DNA of 64,000 bases from Balamuthia mandrillaris. Taxonomy: Eukaryota. Of this stretch, positions 27,870-42,767 are shown in pieces. Location of the stretch: contig JAVKOQ020000057.1 of assembly GCA_031835245.2 (NCBI GenBank), positions 124,001 to 188,000 of the forward strand. The letters are read 5' to 3'. The notes below the pieces were generated by a model. That model was not told where the DNA came from, searched no databases, and saw only the letters and a list, made by a program, of their open reading frames with translations. Both the position numbers and the translations under genes were made by a program. How positions within the stretch are numbered: position 1 is the first letter of the stretch; every line of letters begins with the position of its first letter.

Positions 27870-30183
27870 CTAAAGCGAATCCTCAACCCCTTCTCCCTTC
27901 AACTTCTTGGCCACCCTCTTTCTTTCCTTCCTCCTCTTGTGAGAAGCGTAGAACACCCCAGCCACGCTCACCAGCACAACAATCAAAACTGCAGTTCCAA
28001 TGGAGACGCCGATGATGATGTCCAACGGTGAATCTTCATCATCTCCTTCTGCCGAAGAACCCAAAATAACTGTGTATAGAGTGCCTCCTTGTTCGTCCTC
28101 GTTGTTGGTCTTTTCCACCTCGGCGGAGACGTAAAGGATATCATCTTCAGTTGTGGTCAGAGTCATAGAAGAGGAGTGGCGTTGCCAAAAATCCTCATTG
28201 CTGACTTGTCTTGTTGGATGACGAGGAAGAGATGCAGAAGAAGGAGAGCTGAAGCCAAGAAAAGCCACCTTGTTGTTATGTTGAAGCAAATCTGGAAAGT
28301 CCTTGCTTGGACCCAAACGAAATCTCAACGCTATCACCTGCCTTGCTTCTTCTTCTCCACCATCTTCATTCACTTCTTCAGTCCAACTACTGCTATCATC
28401 TTCGTCTTCGACGTTACCGAAAAGAAGTTGCAATTGAACTACTTCAGAGATGACTTCCATGTCTCCGGGAACGTTGGGGCGGTCCTCTTCCTTCACAGGC
28501 TTGACCTGCAACCAGACAGCCTGCTTCTGATCTTTCACTTCCACCACCAGCACTTCATCCAATGTCCGCTTATCGAACACTGTCACATTGTTGCTTGCTC
28601 CTTCATCACTGGGAGGAGGAAGCACCACCAACACTTCTCCCACACAACTCGTTGTAGCTACGGAATCACATTCCTCTGTGGAAGGGTTTGTCGGTGGTTG
28701 TGTTGGCTCTCTGCATTCGCTGCCGTCTCTGACTTTGCCCGCTGGACAATAACAGTCACATCGTTGAAGGATGGCCATTATGTTCAGCGCAGGAGATGGG
28801 CAAGAAGAAGGGCAAGTACATTGCCACTTCAAGCACAATCCGCCTACGATGCCGTCATCGCAACGCTCTCCATCGTTCACAATAGCATCTCCACAAAAGA
28901 AAGACGAGATGGCGCAGATGGAACCGAAGGAGTTCGTTTGTGCGGAGAGCTGAACGGAGAACAAGGAGGCGGTTTGTGGTGTGACAGCATTGCTGGTGGG
29001 CAAAACGTGCCACGATTCACTTTCCTCAAGTACTGCAAGTTGAAGCATGTTCGCAAACTTTAACACAAAAAAGTAAGCGCTGTTTTCAAAGGAACGAAAA
29101 GTAGAACATAAGGTGTTACCGTTTGCTGCGAGAACCGAAACTCCAAGTTGATGGATGCAAACGACTGGCCAGGTGGAAGATTTAATGCTTCTGAGGCGAA
29201 GAAATGAAAACAAGGACCGACAATCCGATACGATGCTCCCTCGTAGATAAAAGGGTTTTCCGGCCGAATAAGTGTATAAGATACTGGCCCAACGTTGATG
29301 GTTGTGTTGGCGGATAGCATCGTTTTATCAACTGTTACTTGGCCAGATGTACGGGCACCATTCCAATCCTTAAGGGGTAATATCTGCAAAACGCAACGGT
29401 TGGCAAAGGCTTAGAAGAATGTGAGAGAACATAAAGAAAGAGAAAAGGGAAGTACCATAAAATCCTCGTTATGATGGACGTAACCAGAGATAGGAGCGGT
29501 CTTAATGGTGATCAAAGGCAGAGGGCAGTGTGCCAAGGCGGAAGCACAGCTGGAATCCCAACATACTACCTTTCCAGAACCACATGCCGGTGGCTTTCCA
29601 CAACTCTGAACAACATGAAAAGTTGGGTATGAAACACAGAGATGAAGCAAAGGATGAGGTACAAACTGGAGAACATTTCAGGTTCCAACACATTTGTGTG
29701 TCTGGCGGACAGAGAGTTGATCCTTGGAATGAATTACAGTTGCTTCTACAAACTCCATCGGGACATATCACTTCTCCTTCGGTACAAGAAACGGTCGTTC
29801 CACAATCTGACAGCGAAGCTGCACATGTGCCGTCCCAACATCTGGTTGAAAAACAGTCAACAAAAGAGTACCAAAAAAAGCATCTAATAGACCAAGGACA
29901 TACCTCACAGGGTATCGCCATGAACAAGTGGAGGAAGGACAATCATTCCAATTATCTTTGCAAGAGCCATCACAACACGTTAACTTGCTTGAAGGACAAG
30001 GGGCTGTCATTTTGTCCATGCATTCGGAGCAAGAAGAGCCGCTTTCGCCATTAAAGCATAGCATCTGGTTAGGTGTTGATGTTGTAAGAGTATCACAATT
30101 GTTTGGGTCTTCCGTGCAAAACTCGGAGGAACATCTGTTTCAACCACAAACAAAACATGAAATAAACTTATAGGAAGACAGAG

Positions 30184-30231
<48 letters not shown>

Positions 30232-31545
30232 GGAAATCATAGAATAGAAGTGTACCGATAGGGTTGGGAAGGAGGACAGGTAAGCGGAGGTGTGATAACA
30301 GGACATCCGGAAGGATAGTTGCATACCAAGCGAAGTTCCCCAAATTCCTCGGCAGCTGTTAATTCCCCAGCCATGTTAGGACGGGTGATAGAACGAAATG
30401 ATATGGAAAGAACGCACCTGCAACATAGACTCGTCGTCTCCCGGAATGAACGAAGAGTGCATTCAACCCATTTCCGTCATAATAAAACTCCTCCACACGA
30501 GGGCTCAAATCATCATCCGTCTCGAAACATAGTGTGTGGGCAACCTCATTAGGACCGTTCTCAGTTTGACCAGATACTGTCCAAAAGCACTTTCTCTCCT
30601 CATCCGCAAACATCTCGTGAAAGCGAACACCAAACAACGATGGGCCTGTAGGCTGAACAGTATCCCATTGACTGGTGTTGAGGGTAAAGCGAAGGACTTG
30701 ATTGGTTTCTCCCAGATTGGCTGTTTCTCCTCCGTAGAAGAAGAGAAAGTTACCAAGCTTCGTACCAGCGACAAATGCAGCTTCAACTCCCGGAGAATCT
30801 CCTTTGGAAGTCCATGCCTGGGTTGCTATGTGTATAATTTGGGTGGTTATTTTACCTGAAAACAAAATTGGAGCAAATGATATCATGAACGCAAAGGAAG
30901 AAACCAACTTGGGTTGTATTCATACAAGTCCCTTCGATAGCTGGGACCAAAGCCCCCAAACACATAAAGCTTGCCATTGGCAGTAACAAGTGTGGTAGCT
31001 CTTCTTCTGAGATCAGTTGGGGCGTTTGGCAGCTGGGTCCATTCGTGCGTGTTCGTGTCTTTGATTGTGTTAGTTGAAGTGAATGAACTGGCGTTCAAAA
31101 GAGAAAAAAAATACAATACCAAAAACGTGGACATTATTTGTATTGGTGGATGCGGAGTTATGGCCATTCACGTTGTAGATAAGGTTCCCAAAGATGGACG
31201 TTCCAGCCCCCATTCTTATAGTAAAAGTTGGAAATGCTCCAGTGGCGTTTACAGTTCTTATTGCCATGGTATCTTTTGTTCGTGGGTGAGTGTTGGGGAA
31301 TGGGAACAGGAAACAGGAAACAGAAACGTACTCAAGTCAACAACGTTGATCGAACAAATTTCGTCCCCTCCGCCAACGAACCAACCTTCGTTGGAGGACG
31401 GTTTGAAGTTGGCGGTGACTGGAAGAAAAAGAGGAGGCAGGGAGGCCAACGGCACCAGGGTGAGGGTCTGCCCCGCCTCTGTCATGCCACCTCCCATTAA
31501 AAGCAACGCAGTGTGGAGCAACCAAAAGGTCGAGAACAGCTGCAT
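27870..31545 (-). CDS. Large type I membrane protein: Kelch propeller, Cys-rich repeats, TM
   Basis: Signal MQLFSTFWLLHTALLLMGG; Kelch motifs LYVFGG and LFFYGG; CWDGTCA/CPDGVC/CCDGSC repeats; CGDAIVNDGERCDDG; TM IIIGVSIGTAVLIVVLV with basic tail. Confidence 0.8.
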
Positions 31546-32134
31546 GCTTTCTTTGCTCTGTTTTTTTTTTCCTTCTTGTGTGGTAACGAAGGAGCATAGT
31601 ATTACAGTAAAGGCCAAGCAATACAGATTCGGCCAAATAAACCAGTTTGGGTGTTCATTTTTAAACTGCTGATGAACTTAAGGGTGCGAAGCGAGTGCGG
31701 TTGGCCTACGGATAACGATTGTCCAAAATCAATTCCGCCAGTTAATTGCGTTAGAAGTTGGACACATTTTGGTTTTCACGGAGGGTAAGCTTACCGGGTC
31801 GGAGCATTCACCTCAAACAGTAACAGCAATCACGCTGGTTGCAGTTGGAGTCCTTTGCCACTTTAATCCTGGAGCACGTTTTGAATTTGCGAAAAGTGAC
31901 GGTTTTCGGGGCGGCCACTAAAGTGGTCGGCAATCTTGATCAGCTTAAATTTCATTTTTTGCAGGAAAACAAGACGTTATTTGCTCTTGTCCCCCGTCTC
32001 GTGGCGGCCACTTTTTTGTAGACATTTTTGTCGACAGGAAATTCGAAAGGAAGAGATCAGAAATTTCGTCGGAAAGAAAAGTCAAACCCACATAAAAAAA
32101 AAGTAGCGACGAAGAGGATCACCAAGTTTGACGG

Positions 32135-33118
32135 ATGCAACGTGCGGAGGAGGAGGAGGAGGGGGAGCGCAGCGATGATCAAGGGCAACAAACACCGAGC
32201 GGTGGTACGCGTCCGAGTAGTACCGCAAAAACAGTAGCAAGGAGGGAGGAAGATGCCATGCCAGCGGCCCCCGCTGCGGCACGGCAACAACAACGACGGT
32301 TGGTTGCTGGCAGACGAAGCCGCAAGCAGAGGAAGAGGAGGAGGATACAGGAGAGAGTGGCCAGAGAGCAACAAACACAAAGCAGCATCTGTCTGCGCGT
32401 AGAACTAACGGCAGACAACAAAAGACAAAGAATCGATGACAGGGATGAAAACGACGAGTACAGAGAGTGTTGCCTCAGCAGCACTTCAACGCGGCAATAT
32501 CAGGCTTCTCCTTGTTGCTTTGCGCGTGTTCCCCCTGCAAAGAACGTATTCTCAAAGCTGTTGCGCAGAGAGATCGCCTCTTCCTGTTGTGCCAGCTGGA
32601 GGAGGACCAACGCAGAGAAGTTGTTCTTGCTGCAACGGTTTTCTCGCTACGCCCTGCGCCATGAGTTTGATCTGTTCACTTTGTCCAATGTTTTTGACCC
32701 CGTTTTGGATGATGACTATGCCGCGCAGCAACGAAATGAGATTGTGGAGCTGGTCAGTGTTCGGCACCTGACCTTTGCCGTCACGCGATATGGAACTTGT
32801 TTTGTGGTTAATTTTGGTATGAGCTTTTCTTTGTTGTTCGTGTCCTTTTCTTCTTGTTTTGTTCTCGTGGATTATCTTCTTGTTCTTCTTCTTCGTCTGC
32901 TTCTTCCTGTTTCTTCTCTTTGACTATGCTCCCATTACAGCCAACAGACGACTTTTGTACGAGTTAAACGATCCCTCCTCGTCGGAGCGTATTCGGACGA
33001 TCTTTTGGAACAAACTGACTCAATCCTTGGTCCTTGTATCCGTGACTATACCTGAAGAGCCATCCACGCTTCGATGTCGTGCAATTCCTTTTGTGTACAT
33101 TCTCTCCTCTGTTGCGTT

Positions 33119-33179
<61 letters not shown>

Positions 33180-34536
33180 ATTGTCTAACTATACTCTCAT
33201 TAAAAATAAAAAGGCATATTAGCCGAAGTAACCTGGCGGAGAGTGTTCCTTTGTTTACTTCGGAGAATATAACTCCACCCGGCTTTATAGAGTTTGATCA
33301 TATCAACGACATTGCTCTCACATTCTCTCCTTCACAAGGGTTCATTCTGCCTTTTATCTTCTTTTCGTCTTCGTTCTCTCCTCGCCGTTTGTTTTCCTTC
33401 TCTCTTACTTGAATTTTATTTCATTACAATTCAAGCAGACGGTACAAAGTATGGGAGATGAAAGAATATACACCGCTATTTAGCATAGACGCAAACGGAG
33501 TTAATGAAGTTCGCATGAGGTACTCACCGCTCTTTTCTTACTACAGATATTAGCAACTGTCGCTTACATGGATCGCTTTTCAGTACTGGTTGTTTTTTAA
33601 TCATTCGTGATCATTGTTACAGTCAGCAAAAGCTTACAGTAGATATTTTGTCTTTACCTGATGGAAGTGTTAGTTTCTCATTTCTTACCTTCATTCTTGT
33701 GATTTCCTTTCTTCTCACTTTTCTTTGTGCCAGCTTTTACGAACGATTCTTCTTAAAGTACATAACAAGAAGGAAGTTGAGTTCATAGAGCTTGTTCACG
33801 AAAAGCTATTAGTAAAAACTCGAGGACATAACTTACAGATAGTAGATGTGCGCATGTACTTCACCTTTTGAAAACCCTTTTTGCTCTTATGCAATTGTTG
33901 ATATTTATAATAAGATTAAAACGTTGGACACCCGGGAAGTGATTGATACCAGACATCTCAATGCCTCCTCTTTCATCTTCTTACATTCCAAAAGACTCTT
34001 CCTCATTTGCTATATGGGCTTGATAACGGTGTGGAACTTTGAAGGCAGTTTTGTTTCCAGGTTTTTTCTTTTCCTTATTTTCATCGTTTCATTGGTTTTA
34101 ACATGTTTTTCCTTCCCTCCTTTTATTTTTTCACTTGAAAGATTGGACGATCACTTGCTGCTGGACGAGCAAGCGCATACTTTGTGTATAACTGAACATC
34201 AGGACTGTATTATTTCGTATTGCGCAGGCGACGACTTTTTTAAAGAAGGTAACAAACGCCTGAACGTAAAACTGTGCTTTTATATTCTCTCTTATGCTGA
34301 GCTTTCCTTCTTCAAAAAACAAAACAAAAGGATCGATAAACGTTTCGGACGTGGCAACCGGAAAATGTATGGCCAAGATGGAAGCTTGTTGTGAGATATC
34401 CGCAATGACTCCTCCGGATGCCGAGACGGTGCAAACGCGAGCTCTCACCGGGGTCACCGCTCTGTTCTACAACGAGGAACGAAGCGAGATCGTCACAGGA
34501 AACAAGCTCGGTTTGTTGCACTTGTGGACCAACTGA
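32135..34536 (+). CDS. Conserved WD40-like beta-propeller protein (family known from plants and protists)
   Basis: KLLRREI, IRTIFWNK, PGFIEFD, YKVWEMKEY, C-terminus VTALFYNEERSEIVTGNKLGLLHLWTN*; many short introns. Confidence 0.8.
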
Positions 34537-34888
34537 AAACAAAGAGTGCAATATTTATGTTTATTTGTAGACAATTTTTCACAATAGTCCCAGATATTTG
34601 ACAAACTTATTGCTATTATTGCAATTATTCCAAAAGCTAAAGAAATACTATGAAAACTCGAAAAATTTATCGATTTTTTGGATATTTGCTCGGACTTATT
34701 GCAAATAATTGTCGAATTTTTGTGGCACAGAAATTGTTGCCGTTCTAAATTTGCGTCGACAAAAGAAAAAGGAAAGAAGAAAGAAAAACGTGGAAAAGAG
34801 GAGAAAAGCACAGCTTTTACGTTTTCGTTTTGCTCCTGCTTTGTATTTCTTTTTCTTTTTCTTTTTATTTGTTTTTTTCAAAAGGGCA

Positions 34889-35969
34889 ATGGTGGACCTC
34901 ATTACTTCTTTGCTCCATCGGTTCGGGGACAACTACGAGCTCCCCGTGGCGGTGCTCTCCCTGGCCTTTTGGCACTACGTCTACTCCCTGGATTACAGGA
35001 AGAAAAGGCGGAGCTTGGTGCCCTACGAGCTCTCCCTGCTGCATGCCGTCATCACGTTCCTCCTCGCGGCCATAATCCTCTGGCAAACGAGGGAGTACAG
35101 CTGGGAGCTGCTGCCCAACGAGGCCTGTCCTCTGGCCGTGGTGACCATCATTTTTTCCTGGGCGTACATGCTAAGGGATCTCATCGATGGCTTTATGAAT
35201 GGCACCAGTGAAACCGTTTTTGTGCTCCACCACCTGTTGGTCATTTTTTGCTACAGTTGCTCGTTGCTGGTTGGGGAGTACATCAAGATTACCGTCCTGC
35301 ACTTGTTCCATTCGGAGCTTGGCAACTGTGTGCACCATGCCAAACGAGTGGGATTGCTTGGAGGTACCTTTCTTTCTCTCCTTTCCCTTCTTCTATTCTT
35401 GTTGTATTACTTCTCTGCTTTGTCTCTTCTCCTGCTTCTCCTCTTTTCCATGTTCTTTCTGTTGTTCCCACTTTCTTCTTCTCTCCTCTTGTTCTCCTTC
35501 TCTCTTGTTTCCTCTCTGCTTCTCTCTCTCTCTCTCTTCTCTCGTTGCTCTTCTGCCTGTCTTCTTTCTTCTCTTGGCTCTAGTCCTGTTTCATTCCATG
35601 AGTACTTACAACAAACTACCAATAGGCGGACGCGAGCCAGGCCTCTGGGACTCCCTCTTTGTCCTCCTCAACCGCATCGTGTGGTTCCTCCATTTGGTGC
35701 CAGGCGTCATCCTGTACATGCTCTCCTCCTCCTACACCAACCCCAAGTGGCGGACCGTGGACTACCTGGCCTTCTTCGGGTCGGTCTTCCTCATGTTTGG
35801 CTGCATGTTGTTCATCATCGACCTGATGAAGAAGGTGGTTTCCTCGATGTCGTCCTCCTCGTCGTCGTCTGAAGCGCGCCGGGCAGAGAAGCCTTTGAGC
35901 GGGGGAGAGGACTTCACTGCGGTGCATCGCCATCATCCTCATCATGGAAATGCTGGCTTCCAGTTTTAA
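34889..35969 (+). CDS. TLC (TRAM/LAG1/CLN8) domain membrane protein
   Basis: SLLHAVI, SWAYMLRDL, FVLHHLL, SELGN, FVLLNRIVWF. Confidence 0.75.
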
Positions 35970-36285
35970 AACACAAAAAAAAAAAATAGAAAGAAGAAAA
36001 TAGAAAAGAAAAAGGGAGAAATTTTGGGTGAATAATAATTTAATAATAATAATAATTTTACCAAATAAGAAAAACATTTCAAATATTTCTTAAAAAAGGA
36101 GAAAATTCAAAATAAGTTGTCTTCACGAATGAAATTTTCGACGATTATCCTGCAATTTTTAATTATTATTGGACAACAGCAATAAAAAAAAGGAACGTCA
36201 AAGACAGAAATACAAGAAAGCGGCGAAACGTGGGCGGAGAGGGGAGGAAGAGGCCTACAGCAACAAAGAAACCATAAGCACAAGA

Positions 36286-37311
36286 ATGACACGGTTAGCC
36301 TCAGCAGCTACGAAGACGCGAAGCTTCCAAACGACTTCTTTCGTCCTTGCGACCCTTCTTTTCCTGTCTTTTCTGTCAGCTTTCTCCGCGGTGGCCGAGG
36401 CCTCGGAGGATGAGCCCGCCTCCGCCGTGTTTCCTGACCTGGAGGTCCTCCACCACGACTGCCAGGATGAGGAGGAGGCCAAAGGCGCGTTTAAAGTCGA
36501 TCTGGAAGCCATCTCCTCTGATAACGATGCAATCATTTGGAGCGTAGTAGGTTTGGCGTCGGCCTTGTTATTCTTTTGATTTTTGACCTTTTTTTCTTCT
36601 ATTCTTCTTCTCCTTCTTCTTGTTCTTCTTGTTCTTCTTGCTTCTTGCTTCTTTCTTCGTTCTTCTTGCTTCTTGCTTCTTCCATTCACTTACGTCGTCG
36701 TTTAACACAGTGAATGAAACTGGGGAGGTTGTTGCGGGAGGAAGCAGTTTTGGTGCCTATTATCTGCAAGTGGAGGCGGAGAAACTCACCAACGGCACTT
36801 ATATCATTTGTCAGAGCAACGTCACTCTCACCGACGGATGTGACGGCCCTGAAGTACAGCTGGTTGACCACTTCACCATTGAACTAAGTTCGTTTTGTTC
36901 TTTGTCGTATACCGTCTACTTTCGTCTTTCTTTCTCTTTCTCTCTTGCCTTCTCTCTGGCTCTTTCTCCTTGTTATCTATCCTTTCTGCTCTCTGGTTAC
37001 TTCACCCCTTTTCTTTTCTCCTTTCTGTGCTGAATATTCTCTGTTTCTTTTCGTTTTGTCTAACTGCTCCAAAACAATCAGAAAAATGCACCTCAGATAG
37101 CGATGACGACAAAGCCGGGGTGATTGCTGCGATCGTAGTACCTCTGTGCATTGCACTGCTCATAGTATTGGCTATCATCTTTACAATGAGTGTAAATGCC
37201 CTCATGAAGGTGCGTCAACGTAGAGAGGCCAAGGCCCGTTCCTCAAGGCGACGAGGGGGGGAGGGTTTGTCTCGCAGCAACAGCATGGAGGAAATGGAGA
37301 TGAGTTCTTAA
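36286..37311 (+). CDS. Single-pass membrane protein with signal peptide
   Basis: Hydrophobic N-terminus, Cys-containing ectodomain, TM GVIAAIVVPLCIALLIVLAIIF, basic tail; 3 exons. Confidence 0.7.
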
Positions 37312-37394
37312 AAAGCCTATCACAAGAAGGGAGGCTTCCTTGTAGATAGCTCGCACTGAATCATGTTATTTTCCATTTTTCTCCGTCTCTATCA

Positions 37395-37451
<57 letters not shown>

Positions 37452-37499
37452 CTCCAACAAGCAGAAGGGGTTGCAACCGCCATCGAAACACGTAGAGTG

Positions 37500-37615
37500 G
37501 TGTTGTTGGTGTTTGGTTGGTCATCGGGTTACAAGCATCAGAGAGCATCGAACCTCAGCAGGTCCCTATCGCGCGGCCATGAGTCTAGGCGAGCAATATC
37601 CACATTCAACTTTTA
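37500..37615 (+). pseudogene. Inverted degenerate copy of the 3' end of the adjacent F-box/SPRY gene
   Basis: cgggttacaagcatcagagagcatcgaacc...ggtccctatcgcgcggcc...cacattcaacttt matches the gene's cgggcttacaatcggagagcatcaaac...ggtccctatcgtgctgcc...cacgttcaacttc. Confidence 0.65.
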
Positions 37616-37798
37616 AAAGACCTCTCTTAAACAGAAACACTAGCGGAGGAGAGTTGCTTCTCCCTCCCAACTTTCAACTTCGAGACGAGTTATTTGTACA
37701 ATGGAAGGAGAAGCAGAAGCTGCATTTTTACACTTGCCTCATAAACAAAAACACATGAACGTAGCTCCATGGAAAAAAAACAAAGGTTGAACGCAGAG

Positions 37799-39210
<1,412 letters not shown>

Positions 39211-39338
39211 TTCTTCTCTCAAAGACGTTTATAGATTCACGTCGTCTTCACGTCGACCCTATAGCTGTTTAGCCTTTCATCACATTGCAACAATGATTTC
39301 TTCGCAACGTTATAAGTCTGTTGGTATATTGACTCTTG

Positions 39339-42300
39339 CTAACTATGATCATAATCGTCCATCAAAGGCGTGTGATCATCCCCAGAAAAGTTGACCGCTC
39401 CAGAAAAAGCCTTAAACTCCTCGGTCTTCCTCCGACGCCAGACCACCACCCCAACAATCACGCTCACCACCGCACACAACGCCACACCCACGCTCACCGA
39501 CACCAGCACAATCATCTTCACGTCCAATCTACCGTTGCTATCTTTGGTGCTGTCCACCAAGACTTGCACGTCAGGATCGTACTCCACCTTTTGGCCCATG
39601 GGCAGGCGGATAAACAGCCATTGTCCACCATCTTGGTCGCTCTCCATGGGTTGCAAGGTGGCTTGTGCCGCACGTTCTTGCCCATCCACCATGGAAAGTT
39701 GAAGCAACCCAACAAACAGCTGCGTCTTCTCCGTCCTGAAGTTCGTTCTTGTCACGTTGGCATTGCTGTGGTACGATGATTGTGGTTGTGGGTGCAAGGG
39801 ACCATCCCAACTCGTAACATTCACTTTGACTTCCAGAGCAAGAAAGTCTTCCTCTCCCTGTTCTTTGTTTTGTTGCTTCCCGGATGCGGAGGAAGAAGAG
39901 GAGGAGGAAGGCCAGCCAGTGATCGTCATGTTCCACTTGTTAAATCCAGCACTCACCGTAAAGGTCTTGTTGTTGCCAAAGGTGAAGGTCGTGTCCTTCT
40001 CCACCACCACAAACCGCCACTTCACCTCCACGTCTTCTCCCTTGTCTCCCATCCTCACCCCAAACTCTGCCGTGTTGTTGTCGGGAAAGTTGGCGGTGTA
40101 ACCTGCTTTGGGGAAGGGCAATTCTCTTACCACGTTCCCTTCTCTGTCTCGTTGGGTGATGCTGTGGAAGTGGAAGCCAACGCGAAGGTCTTCTTGCAAG
40201 GAAGAAGCTTGCTTGGGTACTAGTTGAAGGTTTGGAGTGTTGTCTGGAAAGACGCTGGCTGTTGGGGCGTCCGCTGGATTAATGCTTGGACCTTCCTCCG
40301 AAGAGGAAGAGGAAGAAGAAGAAGAAGAACTGCTGTCATCACTTTGGAAGGAGATTTTCACGTTACAACGAAGATGGTCCTTGTTCATGGGAAGCAGCTG
40401 GATTTGGTTGTTCCAATCGGCCACGTTCACCACCATCTCCACGTCCGAACCAGTGCTCTTCACCCTTTCCATCAAGTCAGAAAGCAATGCAACAGTAATG
40501 TTAGCTTGATTGCCCAAGAGATGAACCTCATTCTTGGTCAGAATGGAAACATCCTTCTCTAAAACCACGCCATCCACGGTTACATTCACCGTTAACGTAA
40601 GGTTGTGTTTTGCTTCGGCGAGGGTAGCAACCTCCAATGGGAAGAGAGCAAGGGAGAGGTTGAAGGAGAAAGGAGCCACGTCCTTTGCAGTGACGTTGAC
40701 GAGGCGGTTGGGTTCTAAGAAACCCATGGTGGGAGAAAGAAATACAGCCAAGGGGAGGCCGTTGTACACTGCCGATGTCAACAATGGGTTGGGTGCCTCA
40801 GGCTTGTTGGATAATGCTATCGTCAATTGGCCGTTCTGCACATTCCAATTGATAAACTCTTGCGGCACCCCACGCCAGTCCTCCTGTTGTTAAAAAGGAT
40901 GTTTTAACGAAACGACAAGAACGAAAGACAAAGAAATGACGTTAAGAAGTACCACAACGTCTCCTGTAGCTTTGTCCAAGCGGAGATACCAAAGAACAGG
41001 CATGACTGCTTGACCCATCAAGCTCAAACACTCTCTGCTGGCTCCTAAGTTGTAGGTCACGCTTAACTCGAAAGAAGAGGCGGCAGGAAGCTCCTCCAAG
41101 AAAAACACTTCATGAGGGGCGACGCATGCACTGTGCACCCTCATGACTGAAGGAATCTCCCTTCCGTAGAGAGGATCTTTATCACTGTACATGGCCAATC
41201 CGGCTGGCGATGTGGCGCGGATGGTGCCGTTTGAGAAAACGTTGGTAGAGTCGGTGAAGATCACGCCTGGTGCTCTGGATGGATGCCCGCCTAGTCTGGA
41301 TAAACATAGACATAGTGAAAGGGGAACGAGGTATAGAGTTAGAAGTGGTAAAGAAGTGCAGGAGGAAAAACAAATCAAACATACCTGGAGGCAAGGATAA
41401 GCTGACGGTTTGGAGTCTTGCTAGGCAACTGCTTCTCGGGATCAGCCCAAAAGTTGTGAGCGAGTTGAGTCCAACTGCCCGTCATCTCCTCAAACCCAGC
41501 CGACTGGTGGAACGTCAAGTCGCAGCCTTGTACCTTCCAGCTCCAACTGGGATTGTTGCTGGTCCACCTAGAAAACCCAGCGAACGGCGGTGCCTCGAAC
41601 CAATCGCCACGAAAGCTCGTAGTTCCAGAAGGCAAGGTATCGAGTTGGACTTTGAGACCGTATTGTCCCATCCAGCTCATGTTCTTCATCACAATGTCGA
41701 TGTGAGGGGACGGTGGGTTAAAGGTGCACAGTACGTCTCCGCCAGAAACGAGACTGGACAAAGTAAGGGTTGTGGTTTGAGGAAAGCTGTAGATGTTGAC
41801 GACTGCGTTATTGACTTGCACGTCGCTTAATGTGAAGACGCGCGGCCGGAGACCTCCACCGGTATCCAGCAGTAAGGTTGCCAGCTGTGCAGGAAAGCTA
41901 AAAGTGGTTCCATCTCCGATGAACACCACGTCGCCGTGGGCGTAGAAGGAACCAAAGTTCTTTTGGAAAGTGAAAGCACAGGACCGGACATCAAGCGAGT
42001 AACAGTTGCTGTGGATGATAGTTCTGTCGACCCCTGTTGTTCTGTCGTGAAAGGTGATGTTCTGTGGTGAATGAGAAACGGATAAGCAAATGACCAAACA
42101 GAAGGAAAGAACGAAAGAACGAAGCAACAAGAAAGAAACGGAAAGAAAGACAAGAAAGAAACAACAAAAAGAGAATTGACACGACAAGAAAGAGAACTGG
42201 AAGGGAGAATGAAACCTTAAAAAACAGCTTGCCTTGGTCATTATAAAACACAAAACCGGGGGACTGGTTGGTGTAGAAGACCACCGTGGCCCCGCTCTTT

Positions 42301-42635
42301 GCCTCAAATGAGATCCAGGAGTTGGCAAAGGTCACGCTCTCTCCCAGCAGTTGGTATTCGCCTTCCTCTACGTGAACCAGAAGCTCGCTCCCTGCGGTGT
42401 GGGTCAGCCCCGCAAAGGAAGTAATGCACCCTGGGCAGCTGCCCATCGTCACCTCGACGGGAGCTCCTTCAACCACCACAACCAAGAAGGAGAAAGGGAG
42501 CTATATGAAAAAAAAAGAAGAAGAAGGATGAGAACGGGCGGTGTTGCTGTAAAAGAAGTTTTTTCCAAAAAACAACAAGAGTGGCGAGAGAACAACCAGA
42601 AGAGAAGCAAAGATGAGTACAGCGGCCATCGGCAT
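39339..42635 (-). CDS. Large type I membrane surface protein of unknown function
   Basis: Signal MPMAAVLIFASLL-LPFSFLVVV, beta-rich ectodomain, KWNMTITGWP...VEYDPD motif, TM VSVGVALCAVVSVIVGVVVW followed by RRRK. Confidence 0.75.
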
Positions 42636-42767
42636 CGTTACCAAGCTTTCCCGCGTAGAGCCCTTCGGTGTCTTCTTTTTCGGTTTCGCTACATTACAGG
42701 CCTGCTCTCATTGGGGGGTGGTATTTCATCTGCTGATTTGATCTGCTAGATCATGTAGGAACGCTGC

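Noticed and set aside
30359..31167. Kelch repeats as a RAG2-like partner
   Set aside because: They lie 15 kb away inside a secreted/TM protein with no PHD finger.
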